From Candidatus Eiseniibacteriota bacterium (GTDB lineage Bacteria > Eisenbacteria > RBG-16-71-46 > CAVPCR01): DNA of 64,000 bases. Under the pieces are notes generated by a model. That model searched no databases, was not told the origin of the DNA, and was given only the letters and a program-made list of their open reading frames with translations. The first letter of the stretch is position 1, and every line of letters begins with the position of its first letter. Location: positions 1 to 64,000 of the forward strand of contig CAVPCR010000004.1 of assembly GCA_963702435.1 (NCBI GenBank), in the 5' to 3' direction. The position numbers were made by a program, and so were the translations under genes. Shown here one piece after another: positions 63,088 to 64,000 of this stretch.

Positions 63088-64000
63088 CTGCCGTCCTGGG
63101 TCACCACGATCACGGACGCGCTCGCCGCGCACCCGATCGCGATCGCCGTCGCGGTGGCGGCGGCGGCCCGGCTCATGCATTTCGTGGGCTTCGAGCGGAG
63201 CCCGCTCGCGTCCGCGCTCATCCTCGACGCGGACTTCTATCACACCTGGGCGCGGCGGATCGCCGCCGGCGAGTGGATCGGACGCGAGGTCTTCTACGCC
63301 AATCCGCTCTATGCCTACTTCCTCGGGCTCGTGTATCGCCTCGTCGGCCCGAGCCCCGAGATCGCGCGTCTCCTCCAGCATGCGCTCGGCGTCGGCACCG
63401 TCGCGCTCATCGCGTGGACCGCGCGCCGCGCGTTCGGCGCGATCCCCGCCGCACTCGCCGGTCTCATCGCGGCGCTCTATCGTCCGCTCCTCCTGTACGA
63501 GGATCTCCTCCTCACGGAGACGTTGATCGTCTTCCTCGCCGCGCTCGGCCTCGCCGCAAGCCTCGCGGCCGACGGCGCCCGCCTCGCCGGTGCCCGCGAC
63601 AGCGCTCGACGCCACCTCGGCGCCGGGTTCGTCCTCGGCCTCGGACTCCTCGCGCGGCCGACGCTCCTGCCCCTCGCCGCCCTCCTCTGGTTCGCGCTCG
63701 CGGCTCGCCGCGGCGCGCTCCTCGTCGCGCTCGGCCTCGGCCTCGCCGTCCTTCCGGTCACGCTCCGCAACTGGGCCGTCGGCGGCTCGCCCGTGCTCAT
63801 CACCGCGCACGGCGGCGAGACCTTCTACGTCGGCAACTATCCGGGCGCGGACGGCTCGAACCTGCAACCGGACTTCGTGCGCTCGGGCCCGGCGACCGAA
63901 CACGAGGATTACCGGCGCGAGGCATCACGCCGCCTCGGCCGCGAGGTGGACCTCGTCGCTTCTTCTCGCTACTGGCGGAACGAGGCGCTCGACTGGATCG
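63088..64000 (+). CDS. GT39/PMT-like glycosyltransferase (partial, runs off the window)
   Basis: Paralog of 50380-52362: DADFYHTWA, FYANPLY, ITAHGGETFYVGN; start uncertain. Confidence 0.82.
   Translation, partial: MPSWVTTITDALAAHPIAIAVAVAAAARLMHFVGFERSPLASALILDADFYHTWARRIAAGEWIGREVFYANPLYAYFLGLVYRLVGPSPEIARLLQHALGVGTVALIAWTARRAFGAIPAALAGLIAALYRPLLLYEDLLLTETLIVFLAALGLAASLAADGARLAGARDSARRHLGAGFVLGLGLLARPTLLPLAALLWFALAARRGALLVALGLGLAVLPVTLRNWAVGGSPVLITAHGGETFYVGNYPGADGSNLQPDFVRSGPATEHEDYRREASRRLGREVDLVASSRYWRNEALDWI

Noticed and set aside
1..64000. Integron integrase or reverse transcriptase in the window
   Set aside because: No tyrosine-recombinase RHRY or RT YxDD-type ORF was recognised; the only recombinase found is serine-type

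Overview
GC-rich bacterial DNA; a Candidatus Eisenbacteria/Krumholzibacteriota-like lineage is inferred from protein style only. Positions 1-39.3 kb are a large integron-type gene-cassette array with 27 complete and 4 partial ~150-175 bp attC-like hairpin repeats (AAC...GTT cores). No intI is present in the window; the array runs off the left edge. Cargo is of three kinds. (i) Secreted proteins, most ending in a conserved (T/S)WGx(I/V)Kxx(Y/F) tail, two ending instead in an FlgD-Ig/T9SS-like tail. (ii) About nine toxin-antitoxin cassettes, concentrated distally. (iii) Nine ORF-less cassettes in three recurring sequence families. Each intact cassette is bracketed by its own perfect 13-17 bp inverted repeat. 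The array is interrupted by a DDE+ExeA transposon inserted in an attC, an IS256 remnant, and an IS21 element whose istA carries a large-serine-recombinase element. That element's DUF5372-like gene appears to gain its RBS and ATG only when the element circularises. Positions 39.6-44.3 kb are an attC-free run of the same secreted families. Positions 44.5-64 kb are core-like genes: typA, TonB-dependent receptor, two GT39-like membrane glycosyltransferases, ilvE, hydrogenase maturation protease, NtrC-type regulator, globin-coupled kinase and an SDR.
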